Below are positions 49,597 to 61,563 of a stretch of 64,000 nucleotides of DNA, in pieces (position 1 is the stretch's first letter; each line of letters opens with the position of its first letter). The position numbers were made by a program, and so were the translations under genes. The stretch is from Podarcis muralis. Taxonomy: Eukaryota. The DNA is taken from positions 47,864,001 to 47,928,000 of the forward strand of contig NC_135661.1 of assembly GCF_964188315.1 (NCBI RefSeq). Direction: 5' to 3'. The notes under the pieces are model-generated. The model did no database searches. It worked only from the letters and a program-made list of their open reading frames with translations, and was not told the DNA's origin.

Positions 49597-50788
49597 TGTC
49601 AAGGAGATGGGGGTCAGTGCACAGGAAGCAGAGCAGCAGGACCCATCAGGACCCGACAGAGGGGCCGCTGTCTCCACAAACATGGAAAGCTCTGAGGTGT
49701 AAAAAGGAGGAGGAGGAGGCAGAATCAGGCAAGAGCTCACTAGCTGGCCAGGTAGGGTTTTTTAGCTCCAGGAGAAAGTATGTGATTCCTTAGCTGGAGT
49801 AAGCTTGGAACAGGTGAAGGTCACATCAATAGGAGTATAGCATCTAGATCAAGGGAAGTAATAGTGCCACTGTATTCTGCTCTGGTCAGACCTCACCTGG
49901 AGTACTGTGTCCAGTTCTGGGCACCACAGTTCAAGAAGGACACTGACAAACTGGAACGTGTCCAGAGGAGGGCAACCAAAATGGTCAAAGGCCTGGAAAT
50001 GATGCCTTATGAGGAACGGCTAAGGGAGCTGGGCATGTTTAGCCTGGAGAAGAGGAGGTTAAGGGGTGATATGATAGCCATGTTCAAATATATAAAAGGA
50101 TGTCACATAGAGGAGGGAGAAAGGCTGTTTTCTGCTGCTCCAGAGAAGCGGACACGGAGCAATGGATCCAAACTACAAGAAAGAAGATTCCACCTAAACA
50201 TTAGGAAGAACTTCCTGACAGTAAGAGCTGTTCGACAGTGGAATTTGCTGCCAAGGAGTGTGGTGGAGTCTCCTTCTTTGGAGGTCTTTAAGCAGAGGCT
50301 TGACAACCATATGTCAGGAGTGCTCTGATGGTGTTTCCTGCTTGGCAGGGGGTTGGACTCGATGGCCCTTGTGGTCTCTTCCAACTCTATGATTCTATGA
50401 TTCTATGATTCTATGATTCTACATGCCTCATCAAGCCCAGGTGCTGCAATCAGCTTGCAAAGTATAAAAGAGTAGCAGAGCTGAGGCGATGGACCTCAGT
50501 TTGGATGCCCCAGAATCTCTATGGGACTGGACTTTGGACACATGGATTGATCCTGGATTGGGGACTTGACATACTGACTTGCTGCCAGGTAGGCCAGGGG
50601 TTCAGGACATCAAATCTGCATTCTGCCTAATCCCAGTTCATCCAGATTTAGAGTTAATAGGTCTTGATTACGAAATAAAATTTTATGTGACTAGGGTTCT
50701 CCCTATGGGTTGCTCTATCTCATGTGCAGCCTTTGAGCATTTTAGTTAATCTTTGGAATGGACCATGAAGCGGCAGACAGGCTTGGCA
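49597..50788 (+). mobile_element. Candidate solo LTR (~590 bp) split by a CR1 insertion
   Basis: TGTCAAG...CTTGGCA termini (6/7 inverted match); TATAAAA at 50463-50469; AATAAA at 50674-50679; the TSD is only 3/5 (CAGGA/CAGTT). Confidence 0.45.
49827..50420 (+). mobile_element. Young 5'-truncated CR1 LINE
   Basis: Intact frame 49864-50328 ([25 protein letters not shown]...[10 protein letters not shown]...[11 protein letters not shown]); (TATGATTC)4 tail at 50388-50419; ACAT repeated at 49823-49826 and 50421-50424. Confidence 0.97.
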
Positions 50789-50821
50789 CAGTTTTTTTGT
50801 GGGGCCTCGGGAGTCAGTTCA

Positions 50822-50884
50822 ATGTGTGTACTTAATGCAGGAATTAAGTACACACATGCATTAAGTGTACTTAATGCAGGAATT
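50822..50884. repeat. Perfect 15-bp hairpin overlapping a 20-bp direct repeat
   Basis: ATGTGTGTACTTAAT (50822-50836), 6-nt loop, ATTAAGTACACACAT (50843-50857); GTGTACTTAATGCAGGAATT at both 50826-50845 and 50865-50884. Confidence 0.95.
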
Positions 50885-51012
50885 CAAGGACTTTATTTAC
50901 TTTATTTACTTCTTGGCTGCTAACAGAGAAGCTATTGGTGTTGCAAGAAAAGATCCAGAGAATGTTAGTGGTTGGGAATGTTATACTGCAGGAGTTTCAG
51001 GAATTGGCTGAC

Positions 51013-51082
51013 AAATTAGTTTGCATGTAGGGACGCATTAGTTTGCATGTAGGGATGCAAATTAGTTTGCATGTTGGGATGC
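51013..51082 (+). repeat. Three tandem 22-24-bp units at a SINE 5' junction
   Basis: Units 51013-51036, 51037-51058 and 51059-51082: (aa)attagtttgcatgt(a/t)ggga(c/t)gc. Confidence 0.95.
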
Positions 51083-51430
51083 GGGTGGCGCTGTGGGTAA
51101 AAGCCTCAGCACCTAGGACTTGCCGATCACATGGTCGGCGGTTCGAATCCCCGCGGCGAGGTGCGCTCCCGTCGTTCGGTCCCAGTGCCTGCCAACCTAG
51201 CAGTTCGAAAGCACCTCCGGGTGCAAGTAGATAAATAGGGACCGCTTACCAGTGGGAAGGTAAACGGCGTTCCGTGTGCTGTGCTGGCTCGCCAGATGCA
51301 GCTTGTCACGCTGGCCACGTGACCCGGAAGTGTCTGCGGACCGCGCTGGCTCCCGGTCTATAGAGTGAGATGAGCGCACAACCCTAGAGTCTGGCAAGAC
51401 TGGCCCGTATGGGCAGGGGTACCTTTACCT
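51076..51430 (+). mobile_element. Full-length Sauria SINE (different subfamily from the 24685/32333/35011 copies), CpG-rich
   Basis: Head gggatgcgggtggcgctgtggg, B-box GGTTCGAATCC at 51140-51150, tail acctttacct; the 3' body differs from the other copies. Confidence 0.93.
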
Positions 51431-51509
51431 AGGGTGATACTTCCTGGCAGAGCATTTGTAACCTATGGTTAGATTACTGAAATGCATTCTACCTGGGGTT
51501 GCCCCTGAA

Positions 51510-51870
51510 GATGGTTCAGAAATGACTCGGGACCACCTCTCCCCATATGAATCAAACTGTACCCTACAATCATAATCTGATGCCCTATTTTGTGTGCCCC
51601 CCTCTCTGAGAGGTCTGGAGGTTGGCAACACAAGAACAGGCCTTTTTTGTGATGGCCCTTCATTTGTGGAATGCTCTCCCCCAGGGTGGTTTGCCTAGTG
51701 CTCAGTCAAATGTTCTTCAAGCAGACTTTAAACTGATTAAACTATGTATGGGCTTTTAAATGTTTCGGTGGAGATTGTTGCTGTTATGTATTTTGTGTTT
51801 GCAATTTTGTTAAGTGACCTGTGATCTTCAGATGAAGGGTGGCATGTAAATTTAATAATAATGACAATAA
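51510..51870 (+). mobile_element. Old L2 3' end
   Basis: gcaacacaagaacaggcctttt...tgtggaatgctctcccc motifs and a degenerate (AAT)n tail at ~51853-51870. Confidence 0.6.
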
Positions 51871-54055
51871 TTTGTAAGGTCTGTATGAGAGGCTCAAGAG
51901 CAGCACATCAGAGGGTGTGAGTCATGGCTGAGTGTCATAAGGATCTCAAGGTTTTGTTAAACTGATTGGAACAATTTAACAGGGTTTCATTGGGGAGGGC
52001 TGGGAACCGAGTTGCAGGTAGGCTCAAATACTTCAGGAGCATGAGGCTTCAGTTTTATCTTTAGGACTAAGTGGCACTCCGAGAAGAGGAATTGTGCCAG
52101 GTGGAGCTGACAAAAGATCTTACATACTTAGAGTACATTCTAACTGTGGTGGTTCCATGGTTTGGCTGCAGAAAGTCATAGCAGTTATTGCAGCTTTTTA
52201 GTGTCCCGTGTCATCTTTCCACATACTGTTTCTGACATGTTGTATGCCAAGTTTGGATAATGGCATTGCGGGTGCTTTGTCATGTAATCAGCTGGGCATA
52301 TTGGGCCACAGAGTTCAGAATCTGAGCCAGTGGCATTTTGGGAGCAAGGAGATTGTCTGTGCTAACTGGCAGCAACCACTTTCAGGGTTTGAAAGAGAAA
52401 GAGCCATAAAGCTATCCATTTTGAGACATGGCATTTTGTTTGGCGGCACCAAAGTTGAGGAATTTTCTGCCTGAAAAGATCAAACAACCCTCCCCCTTTT
52501 AGATGGTCACTGAAAACGTTTTTATTCCAGAAAGCATTTTACTGATTCCTGTGATTTAAAACTAATTGTGTCCCCTTTCTCATTATGATGGAGGCTTTCA
52601 CTTTTCCATATTTGATATATTTTAAGCTATGTTTTGATTGTTATAATACCTGTGGTTTATTTTCTTCTAAGGCACTTGTTGGGGGAGTGTTCCTCATGCC
52701 TATCAAAAGCAAAATAGACATAGGATAGTTTCAGAAGAGCTGTACTATAAAATGAGGATCAGATAAATATGGGTTCTTTAATGATTGCATATAAGAGAGA
52801 ATTTTAAAAACGTTATTAGCCCCCAAATTGAAATAGGTATACTCTCAGCAGTAAGTCCCTTAGTTATGTGAAGTAACTTCATGTCTTTGATTTTAGAAAT
52901 CCTTTGAATCACACGCTGGAATGTGATTTTGAATCCTCCAAAACATAAAGCAAACACATTTTCCTACCACCAAGAACACACAGGCAACATTCTTGCTAAT
53001 TTTCTCATTTCTAATTGCTGTGACATGAGCATTAACTAGGCCCAAGAAATGTTCAATGGCATGCTTGCAGCATGATTCCCCCCCCCCCCCAGTGACTGCT
53101 GACAGTCATTAAAAAAAAAAGACTGCAAATCCATTCAATGCAGAGTCATTATAGCTCATAGAAAGGGCAAACTACTTGACACCTTTGCAATGATGCACTG
53201 TGTAAAAAGCCAACTATCCTATTAAGCAGGGGGGAAACAGTGTGCCAAGGGGAAACTAGAAATGATAGCTTATGGGGATGACTCAGAAGCATATAATGAA
53301 ATTTGGTTTCCTTCTCTAATTGCTTCAACATAGTGTATAAGCACTTTATCACAGCACTGTCTGTTTTGCGTGTGAGAGAGGGGTAGAAAGTGAGAGGCGG
53401 TACATGTGTACAAGTGGGAAGAAATCTGCATTGCTCCGTGCCTCCTTTTGCTCTAACATCACTGTTTACCAACCTTTGATTTCATCAAGCTAAAGGCAGC
53501 TGGTGCTTCACTTGCTACTGCTTAACTTGCAGCATCTTTCCCTGATTTACAGCCAAACACCCTCAACCAGAAAGCAATTTTTGGTAATTAGAAGCGGGAT
53601 GCCTCAAAGACAAGAGCGGTTGAGTTCTTTTAATTTTGCAAAGTTGATTTTATTTGCCTGCCTCTGCTCTCCAAATAAACTTCAGTAATGTTAATGGTAG
53701 CCAAGCCATTTGCAATTACTGGGATTGCAATGTTGGGGAGGGAGAGGAGTAGAGGAATTGAGTTTCACACTAGATCTCCTCCTCCTCTTAGTACTTACAG
53801 CTTTTATTGAGGTAATTTAGTTGAAAGGAACTCAGGTGTTAAAAGAGATTAGCAAGTAATGAAATCGGCTATTGCCTTGGTCTTCTGAATAGGCCACTCT
53901 AATTTGTGAGGTTCTCTGGGTAGGAAGAAGGGATTGGCTGGGATGTTACTGTGGAGACTGATGTCATATCTAGAGCTTCATCTTAGGATACCTTGGCTAG
54001 CACTCTAAAGTGGAGTTTAAAAAGTATATTGGGGAAAAGGTAGATGCTTTATCAA

Positions 54056-54940
54056 CCATTGGTCCATCTACTCAGTACTGTCTACTCAGATTAGCAGTTG
54101 TGGGGGATCTCCCAACCTTTGAAGTGCAGAATGTTTGAGGACCGGGACATTTGCAGGGAAACCAAAATGCTTGTTTACAAAGCTATTGTACTACCAACCT
54201 TACTACCTGCTTGTGAAACATGGACCACTTACAAATGCCATCTCCAGCTCCTCGAAAGATTCCATCAACGGTGTCGCCAAAATTTTTTTACACATCACTT
54301 GGGAAGACAGGTGAACTAATATCAGTGTTCCTGAAGAAGCAAAGATCACCAGTGTTGAAGCAATGGTTCTTCAACATCAACTTCGTTGGACTGGTCATGT
54401 TGTGCAGATGCCTGATGATCGTCTTCCAAAGCAACTACTCTATTCCGAACTTAAAAATGGAAAGTGTAATGCTGGTGGTCAACTAAAGAGGTTTAAAGAC
54501 TGTCTCAAGGCAAATCTAAAAAAAAAAAAAAAATGTAGTATAAACACTAACAACTGGGAAACCAAAGGTGTCAAGGGCTTTGAAGATACCCGAACTCAGG
54601 ACACAAGGGAGAAAAATGCTAAGAAGACACGCTTGACAAATCCATATCATGATCAACTCCCACCCAGAAACCAATGCCCCATTGTGGAAGGACATGTGGG
54701 TCCAGAATTGGCCTCCACAGTCACTTACGGACTCATTATTAAAACCGTGTTTATGAAAGACAATCTTACTCAGCTATGAGTGATCACCAAAGAAAGAAGA
54801 TGACTGTTGACTCAGATTAGCAGTTGCTTTCCAGGATTTCCAAGTGGGGGCTCTCCCAACTTTACCTGGAATGCTGGGGATTGAACTTGAGGCCTTCTGA
54901 ATGCCCAGTAAATGCTCTGCCAATGAACTACAGCCCTTCC
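54056..54940 (-). mobile_element. Squam2-like SINE interrupted by an RTE insertion
   Basis: 3' part at 54056-54120 (ccattggtccatcta..ctcagtactgtctac); 5' part and tRNA-like head at 54803-54940 (gggattgaacttgaggccttctg...gctctgccaatgaactac). Confidence 0.7.
54121..54800 (+). mobile_element. 5'-truncated RTE-clade LINE
   Basis: RTE ORF2 motifs YKAIVLPTLL.ACETWT, QLRWTGHVVQMPDDRLPKQLLYSEL, KRFKDCLKANLK and zinc-finger remnant; frameshifted; GAA-rich tail; homologous to 1027-1558. Confidence 0.93.
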
Positions 54941-55129
54941 CAGTCAGTTGGTGAGACCTAAACAGAAAGTCTGGCTCCTAGTCAGCCTGGTCAGTCAATG
55001 GGCTTAGTACAACCTGCCAGTCACAGAGCCTGGTGTTGCCTGGTGTTGCATATCCCTACTACTTTCCGTGTCTGTCATGGGCTCTGAGTCTTACAGTAAC
55101 TGTACACACTTCTAATTTTGCAATGCAGT

Positions 55130-55445
55130 TCTCCAGCGAAATAAAGGCATATAATATGGTAAATCATGCAAAAAACAAAAACACAAAAAACACAAAACTT
55201 TGCATATATCCCGGGGGGGGGGGAGTTATACAAAACTATATTCAGGGAAATTGCTTTGCAAGAATGTGTATATTAGGCAAAATTCCACTGCAAAAATGTG
55301 TCTATACAAGAAGAAATTGCAGTAAAATGCTAATGAAGATTCATAAGGACTTTTTTGTTTTTAAGTAAATTGATGTGGAAATATTGACAACTGAATTTAA
55401 AATCTGTAAAAGTAGAAATTGTAGTTGACAGATTTTCCTATTCCC
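55130..55445 (-). repeat. Old AT-rich dispersed repeat
   Basis: Collinear with the reverse complement of 12560-12830; another weak copy lies at ~22340-22560. Confidence 0.55.
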
Positions 55446-57159
55446 AGTTGTTTGTTACTTCTGCCTCTAGGTATACAAATGGTTTCTGGTCTGTGGATCA
55501 ATGTGTTGGGGAATCTCTTTTTAGCCCAAGGGGTACAGTCCTTGATCAAGAAACAAGAGGCATCATCACAACTCAAGGGCACTTTAGGAGGCTGTAAAGG
55601 AGAGTTGGTGGGTTGTTGTGCTGGAGAGTTCCAAAGCCAGATAGAGAGGCTTAGAGGGTCACATTTGTTCTCTGAGCCCGAGGTTTCCCATGTTGGTATA
55701 TAGGGAAGGAGTGAAGTCAGATTCCTCCCCACCCGCTTCATTACTTGTTTTTCTTGTTCCTCAGAACATGTAAAGATTTTTGGAGGGTCAAAGACAAACT
55801 GATCTCTGACTATTAAACTTTGAAAAGAGATTATTGCGTCTGATGTAATGGGAGGAAAAATGGTTCTAGGAAACCAATTCTTCCAATGAATCCATCACCT
55901 TGCAAAGGATTCAGGAACTGCAGTAACAATGCATTAATGACCCTGAAAACATGGGCCCATGATGGAGTGTTTACCATTGATGTAGCATCAATACCATTAC
56001 TTGCAACAATGAGTAGTTAATGTGGTGGCAAGTCCTGTTAATAGCATGAGACCTTGCTTCTGCTAATGTCAACGAAGGGCTAACACTGGATTTAGCTAAT
56101 GTAGGAAAAATACCTTGTGTGGCAGAGCTTACACAAGGCGGCAGAGAGTGAAAGTGAGAGTGAAAATGCTTATCAGAAATAGAGAGGAAAGCTTTGGATT
56201 TCAAAGATAGATCTGAAGGGAACCAAGGAGTAATTGAAGAATAGAATAAAATAGGAAGCATGGCTTGAAAGGGGGGGGGGGGAGAGACTTCATAATTGTA
56301 TTGATCAAGCCTCTCTGTGCAAGGTGATGGCATAATTGTTCTGAGTCCTTCCTTGACATTAATCACCTGGTGTTATCACATCAATGCAACATCCTCTTTC
56401 CTTGTTATGCAAAAGAAGCTTCAGAACTTTGGATTCCTTGAGTATCCTGTTTTGTATTAATATTTGATTCAGCGGATTCCCTACTGGGCACAGCAATAAT
56501 TATACAAATTGTAATGCTAATCCCTTGTATCAATAGTGCCATTGGAGAAAATAGCATTATATACTCCAGCTCTCTGAGAATAATAAGGATATTAATGGCA
56601 CACTTGACACTTGGCAACGTTGCCTTCCTTAGCCTGTGCTCACTTGGCAACTGGAACAGCAAAAGAGCAACAAGAGCCGTGAACATTCTCTTTCTTTTTT
56701 GGCTGTGGTTCCTCTGCTAGAGTATCAGAGAGAGTTTGGCATTTAATGATATGCAAAGTGTTGTTCCTGCTTGATTGTAGCATACTATGCATGCCTTCGA
56801 GCATGACTTGAAGTAATTTAACAACAGGGATAACAGACATTTGGGAAGAAACTAATTTCATACGAAGGCAGATCGCAAGCATGAGCCTTGTTCATAAAAG
56901 AAGAAGCAGCATCTCCTTGTTGTGTTATACAGTATTGGATTGTAAGGAGAAGAAGGATTTCAGGCAACTGTCTTTGGACGACTCTCAGCAATCCTGCTGC
57001 CACTGTGGCTGGGGAAGCAGGTGGTGTTTGTGGCTGCTAAGAAAAAAAGAGCCCCTGGCAGCTGGCTCATGCATGCACACACATAGTTTCTGGTGCTGTG
57101 GGGAGGTCATAGCTGGATGCTGGGATATTTGAACCTGTCCTGCCTTTCCCTCAGTCTAC

Positions 57160-57585
57160 TGTGACTTTTGTTATACCACCAAATTGTGTGACAATCTCTT
57201 CAGAGGTTTCCAAATCAGTGCAGTTGGGTCCACCATCTTGATCTATTATTTGGACGCCACCAGACTTCATTTTAAATCCTAAATCTAGCAACCCTAAATC
57301 TAGCAACCGACGTAGTCCATAGCAAGGTTGTACCATCCGCAAAACCCTAATCTGCCCTGTAGGTTGGGCATTTATCCTTGCCCTGGGCATGGTGCCAAGT
57401 GCTGCTACTGTTCAGTTGCCACCATACCCAGGGGAACGCCCCCTGAATTCCTACAGCCATTGACCAGTTTGGCAGCAGGAGGATGATTTGGGCTGCAATA
57501 CGCCAGATCACAGGGGAGGCCCAGGGCCTACCCGCCAAGCCACCTGCCCAAGGAGGGCAAACAGACTTCTCTGTGAACCCTGACA
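57160..57585. mobile_element. Candidate solo LTR, 426 bp (probably minus orientation)
   Basis: TGT...ACA termini; 5-bp TSD TCTAC (57155-57159) / TTTAC (57586-57590); GC-richer than its flanks; internal 15-bp tandem duplication CCTAAATCTAGCAAC at 57278-57307. Confidence 0.55.
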
Positions 57586-59052
57586 TTTACACATTCACAT
57601 CGAGTCAATGATTTGGCTTTGCATTACATGCAAACCAACACTTTGTAAAATGTATATCAAAGTGACCTCGTCACAAATTGGCATATGCAAAACTCCCCTG
57701 ATATTCTTATTAAAACTTGCTTGTCTTTCCCTGAAATTCCTTGGATAGTTTAGAGGAACTTTAAGATTTTATTTGAAGTGACAACTTAGGGATTTGTAGT
57801 ATCTCCCTGTGAATATTTTGCTTGTGCTTGTGAGTCTCTATGGAACGTCCCCCAGAATTATTCAGATGTCTTGCCTGAGAAGGAGCCCCCTTCACACCCA
57901 GAAATTTGCTTTGTGCTTTATTAACTTGACATTGAACATGAATGTGAATATGAATATGTAGAGTAGTAGGCATTGATAGCTTTATCTTCTATGAATTTGT
58001 TTATTCCTCCTTTAAAGCCTACCAAGTTGGTGGTGGACGCCACTGAGTTTGCATTTGCCCCTTCCATGCTTCAGGTGTTTACCTGAGGTGTTTACACAGA
58101 GGCACAGGCTGAAGGGTCCAACCTAAAGGAATCTTGGTTTGAGATTCTCGGCTGACAAGTCTAATGATAACTAGTTGTCGTCCTTGGAAATATTATTGTT
58201 TAGTGCAGAAACTACACTCCAATGGCAAATATGTATGTTGTCTTACAGATTATTCTACATGGCCTGAAACCCCAGATTCTGTGGTGTATTTTTGCAGCTA
58301 ATCTCTGATCACAGAAATTGGTTTAAAAAAAACCAATAAAAAACCTGCAGTGAAGATTCCTCTAAAGAGTTTACATATCTCTTCCTGATTCAGCTATAAG
58401 TGACTATAACCACCAGTTTAGTGAATATGACTTAGTGCTCATTTTAATTTTTTAAAAAGTGCTACACTTTTGCAGTCACTTAAACAATATCCGATTTGCC
58501 AGTAATTTCCTTCTTTGTACATTAAATTACCATCCTAGTTTCTTCAGCACCATGTCTGGATGATAGCTAGCAATAAAAAAAGAGTGTCTCATACATAATT
58601 ATAGTGATTCAGACCAAAAGTGTGTTATTCCTGCAAAAAGAAATTAACATTGTTAAAAAATTTAAGTAGGCATTTCAATTACAAAACAGCAGCAAAAGTT
58701 GCAGGACTAAACTCATTAAAAAGTAGAAGAGAGAATCTCGGCAACAATGTGGAAAAGGAAATAAAGAAATGCCGAACCCAACTGGTGGGATTCTGCTTCC
58801 CAGTGTACTGTGTATGCATTATTTATATCTCATTTTTCAATTTAAAAAAGCCATCACAAAGTGGCTTACAATATAGCTAAGCTCAATACAATTGAAAAAC
58901 AAAAAAGCAATGGAACGAAAGAACTCCCTAAAGTTCTTCTCAGGCATTCCTCCCCCAAGCAATTGCCACAACTTGTTAATTATGAAGCAGGAGTTTAATG
59001 CATTATTAGACTCTATTCATGGGAGCGGGGTGTTGCAGTATACAGTGGCCCC

Positions 59053-59315
59053 AGAAGAAGAAGAAGAAGAAGAAGAAGAGTTTGGATTTGATATCCTGCC
59101 TTTCACTCCCCTTCAGGAGTCTCAAAGCGGCTAACATTCTCCTTTCCCTTCCTCCCCCACAACAAACACTCTGTGAGGTGAGTGGGGTTGAGAGACTTCA
59201 AAGAAGTGTGACTGGCCCAAGGTCACTCAGCAGCTGCATGTGGAGGAGTGGAGACGCGAACCCGGTTCCCCAGATTACGAGACTATCGCTCTTAACCACT
59301 ACACCACACTGGCTC
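59053..59315 (-). mobile_element. Squam3-like SINE with (GAA)n tail on the plus strand
   Basis: Reverse complement of 23797-24057 with few differences. Confidence 0.9.
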
Positions 59316-60465
59316 TCTCCCCATCTCCTTCATTACTGACCTTCTGGTGTGGACCAAAAAGGACTGAAGGGGAATTGTGAATTTGGTTTAATGCAGTGGT
59401 AGCTGGACCATAAGGGCATATGGGGCACTACCCCACCAACCTTGATCAGCTGTCAGCCAGGCCCCATTTGCCTGCCTTCTTACCTATATCCAGTCCATGT
59501 GGTGGGGCTGCCTGTCAATTTGCTACTCCTTGGTCTCAGTTTTGCTCTTGCAGAACTCAGCAGGGGAGGAGGTTGTGGATGAAATTAGAATTAGTTGTGC
59601 CTGCCTGCCATTGGCTCTGGCTCTACCTAGCGTTGGGCCCTCTGCCTTCCACTCCACTAGCCCCAATCAGCGCCAGCCACCACTGGTTAACGTACTTACA
59701 AGGCCTCCCTGTGGTTTTCCCACTCTGTCTGTCCCTCCATCCCATCTGATGCCCTAACCCCTGGCATGATTCTATCAGTCAGGGCCATCCAACCTACCAG
59801 CAGCAAACCATCACCCCTAGCAACATTAATTGTCCAACATACCAAGGGTGTAGAAAGAGGTGTAAAGCATGGAACAGCAGCAGCGGGGAGAAGAGATATG
59901 TTAATTGTGTGTTTTACGATTCAAGCAAATCATAGTCCACTACTAGTAGGGCCTACTTACCACTGTCTAGACAACAGCAATGCTCCTTTCCACCCCTAAC
60001 TCCGCAACTTACTTCATTTTGTTTGAGGGATAACTCTTTGATATGGGCCAAAATCATTCAGATAAGTGATTCCCCAAAGGATTGTAGCCTAAATAATAAA
60101 TTATGAGTTGGATCCAGATTATTTCTGTGACGGACACTTATATTGTAGTAAGTTCCATTAGATTCAATTGGGCTTACTTCTGAGTAGGCACAGAGAAGAC
60201 AGCACTGCGAGTTCATTGCACTTCTTCTCCATTTAAATCATTTGGGACCTTAAATCATGACTAGCTTGCAGCACTGATTTCAATGAGAACTAATTGTAAC
60301 TAATTTTGGCTGGATTCAGTTGAGCAATGATAAAATAAAATCAACTGCCTTGGATTTCCATTCATTATGATTCAGAAAGAAATCTGTTCCTTGGGGTAAC
60401 CTGCATTCCTTTTCTCTATTTTCCCACTCTTGATTTTAAATCATCTATTGTCCTAAATTACTATA

Positions 60466-60558
60466 GTTTGACCACACTGTGGGAGGCAGTGGAATACAGG
60501 AATGCCTGGTGTGCACTGGTCCATGGGGTCATGAAGAGTCGGACACGACTAAACAACA
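60466..60558 (+). mobile_element. RTE-BovB extreme 3' fragment
   Basis: gggaggcagtggaatacaggaatgcctggtgtgcactggtccatggggtcatgaagagtcggacacgactaaacaac is the BovB 3' end; ACTATA repeated at 60460-60465 and 60559-60564. Confidence 0.9.
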
Positions 60559-61420
60559 ACTATAATATCACCTACCACACAAATTTCAGAGTTAATGTAG
60601 TATATACACACAAATCCAAAATCATTAAAGCAGGAAAATTACACAATTTAATAACTATTTTTTTCCCTGTTGATTTGATAACAAATACAAGGAACATACT
60701 GAATTTAGGAGCAAACCTTGAATTGAACAGTTTGGATCTTTCCAATAAGGTAGGTTAATTAATGTAATTTCCCCAGTTCAGAACCTTTATCTGATGGAAC
60801 ATATGGCTTGCTACATAGAATACAATGTGTGTTTTCTTATTTCTTTTTTCCATTTTTATAAGACATGATACTTCAGGGGAGGGAAGTATATAAAACATTG
60901 AATCTGCAGACTCTCATAAGCTTGTTACAAACTTCCCTCCACTAGGGGGCAAGGCTTTCTCATTTTAGTGCTAAGTAAACTACGATCAGTACCATTTCTG
61001 AGTTATTAAGACATCTTTTTGCGGAAGCACTCTGGATTAAGTTAGCCACAGAAATGCATCATTCACCCTATGGAGTCATAGTGTATAGTAAAAGTTATCC
61101 AGGTGTGTCACCTTTCACTTCCAAGAAGCACACAGAGTGTGTTCCAGGTATATGTAAAGAACACACTTGCACTGCACTAATTTTGCTACATGAGAGTAAT
61201 TTTACAGAAACTTAGTTGTTGTAGTAGACCTTGTGTCGTTTACTTCTGGAAGAGAAGGCAGCTTACAAAGCATATTGAACAAGAAAAAAATATGCACAGG
61301 CCTAGGTGTGATCTGGGTGCAAGGAAAGCAAAATTCTGTACCAACCAGGTGTTTCATTGTGGGAACAGTGTTCCTGAAATTACTCGGTTTTCAAGGACTT
61401 CTGCAGGTATAGGGAAGCTC

Positions 61421-61563
61421 NNNNNNNNNNNNNNNNNNNNNNNNNNNNNNNNNNNNNNNNNNNNNNNNNNNNNNNNNNNNNNNNNNNNNNNNNNNNNNNN
61501 NNNNNNNNNNNNNNNNNNNNNNNNNNNNNNNNNNNNNNNNNNNNNNNNNNNNNNNNNNNNNNN
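61421..61563. other. Assembly gap, 143 N
   Basis: Run of N counted directly. Confidence 1.
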
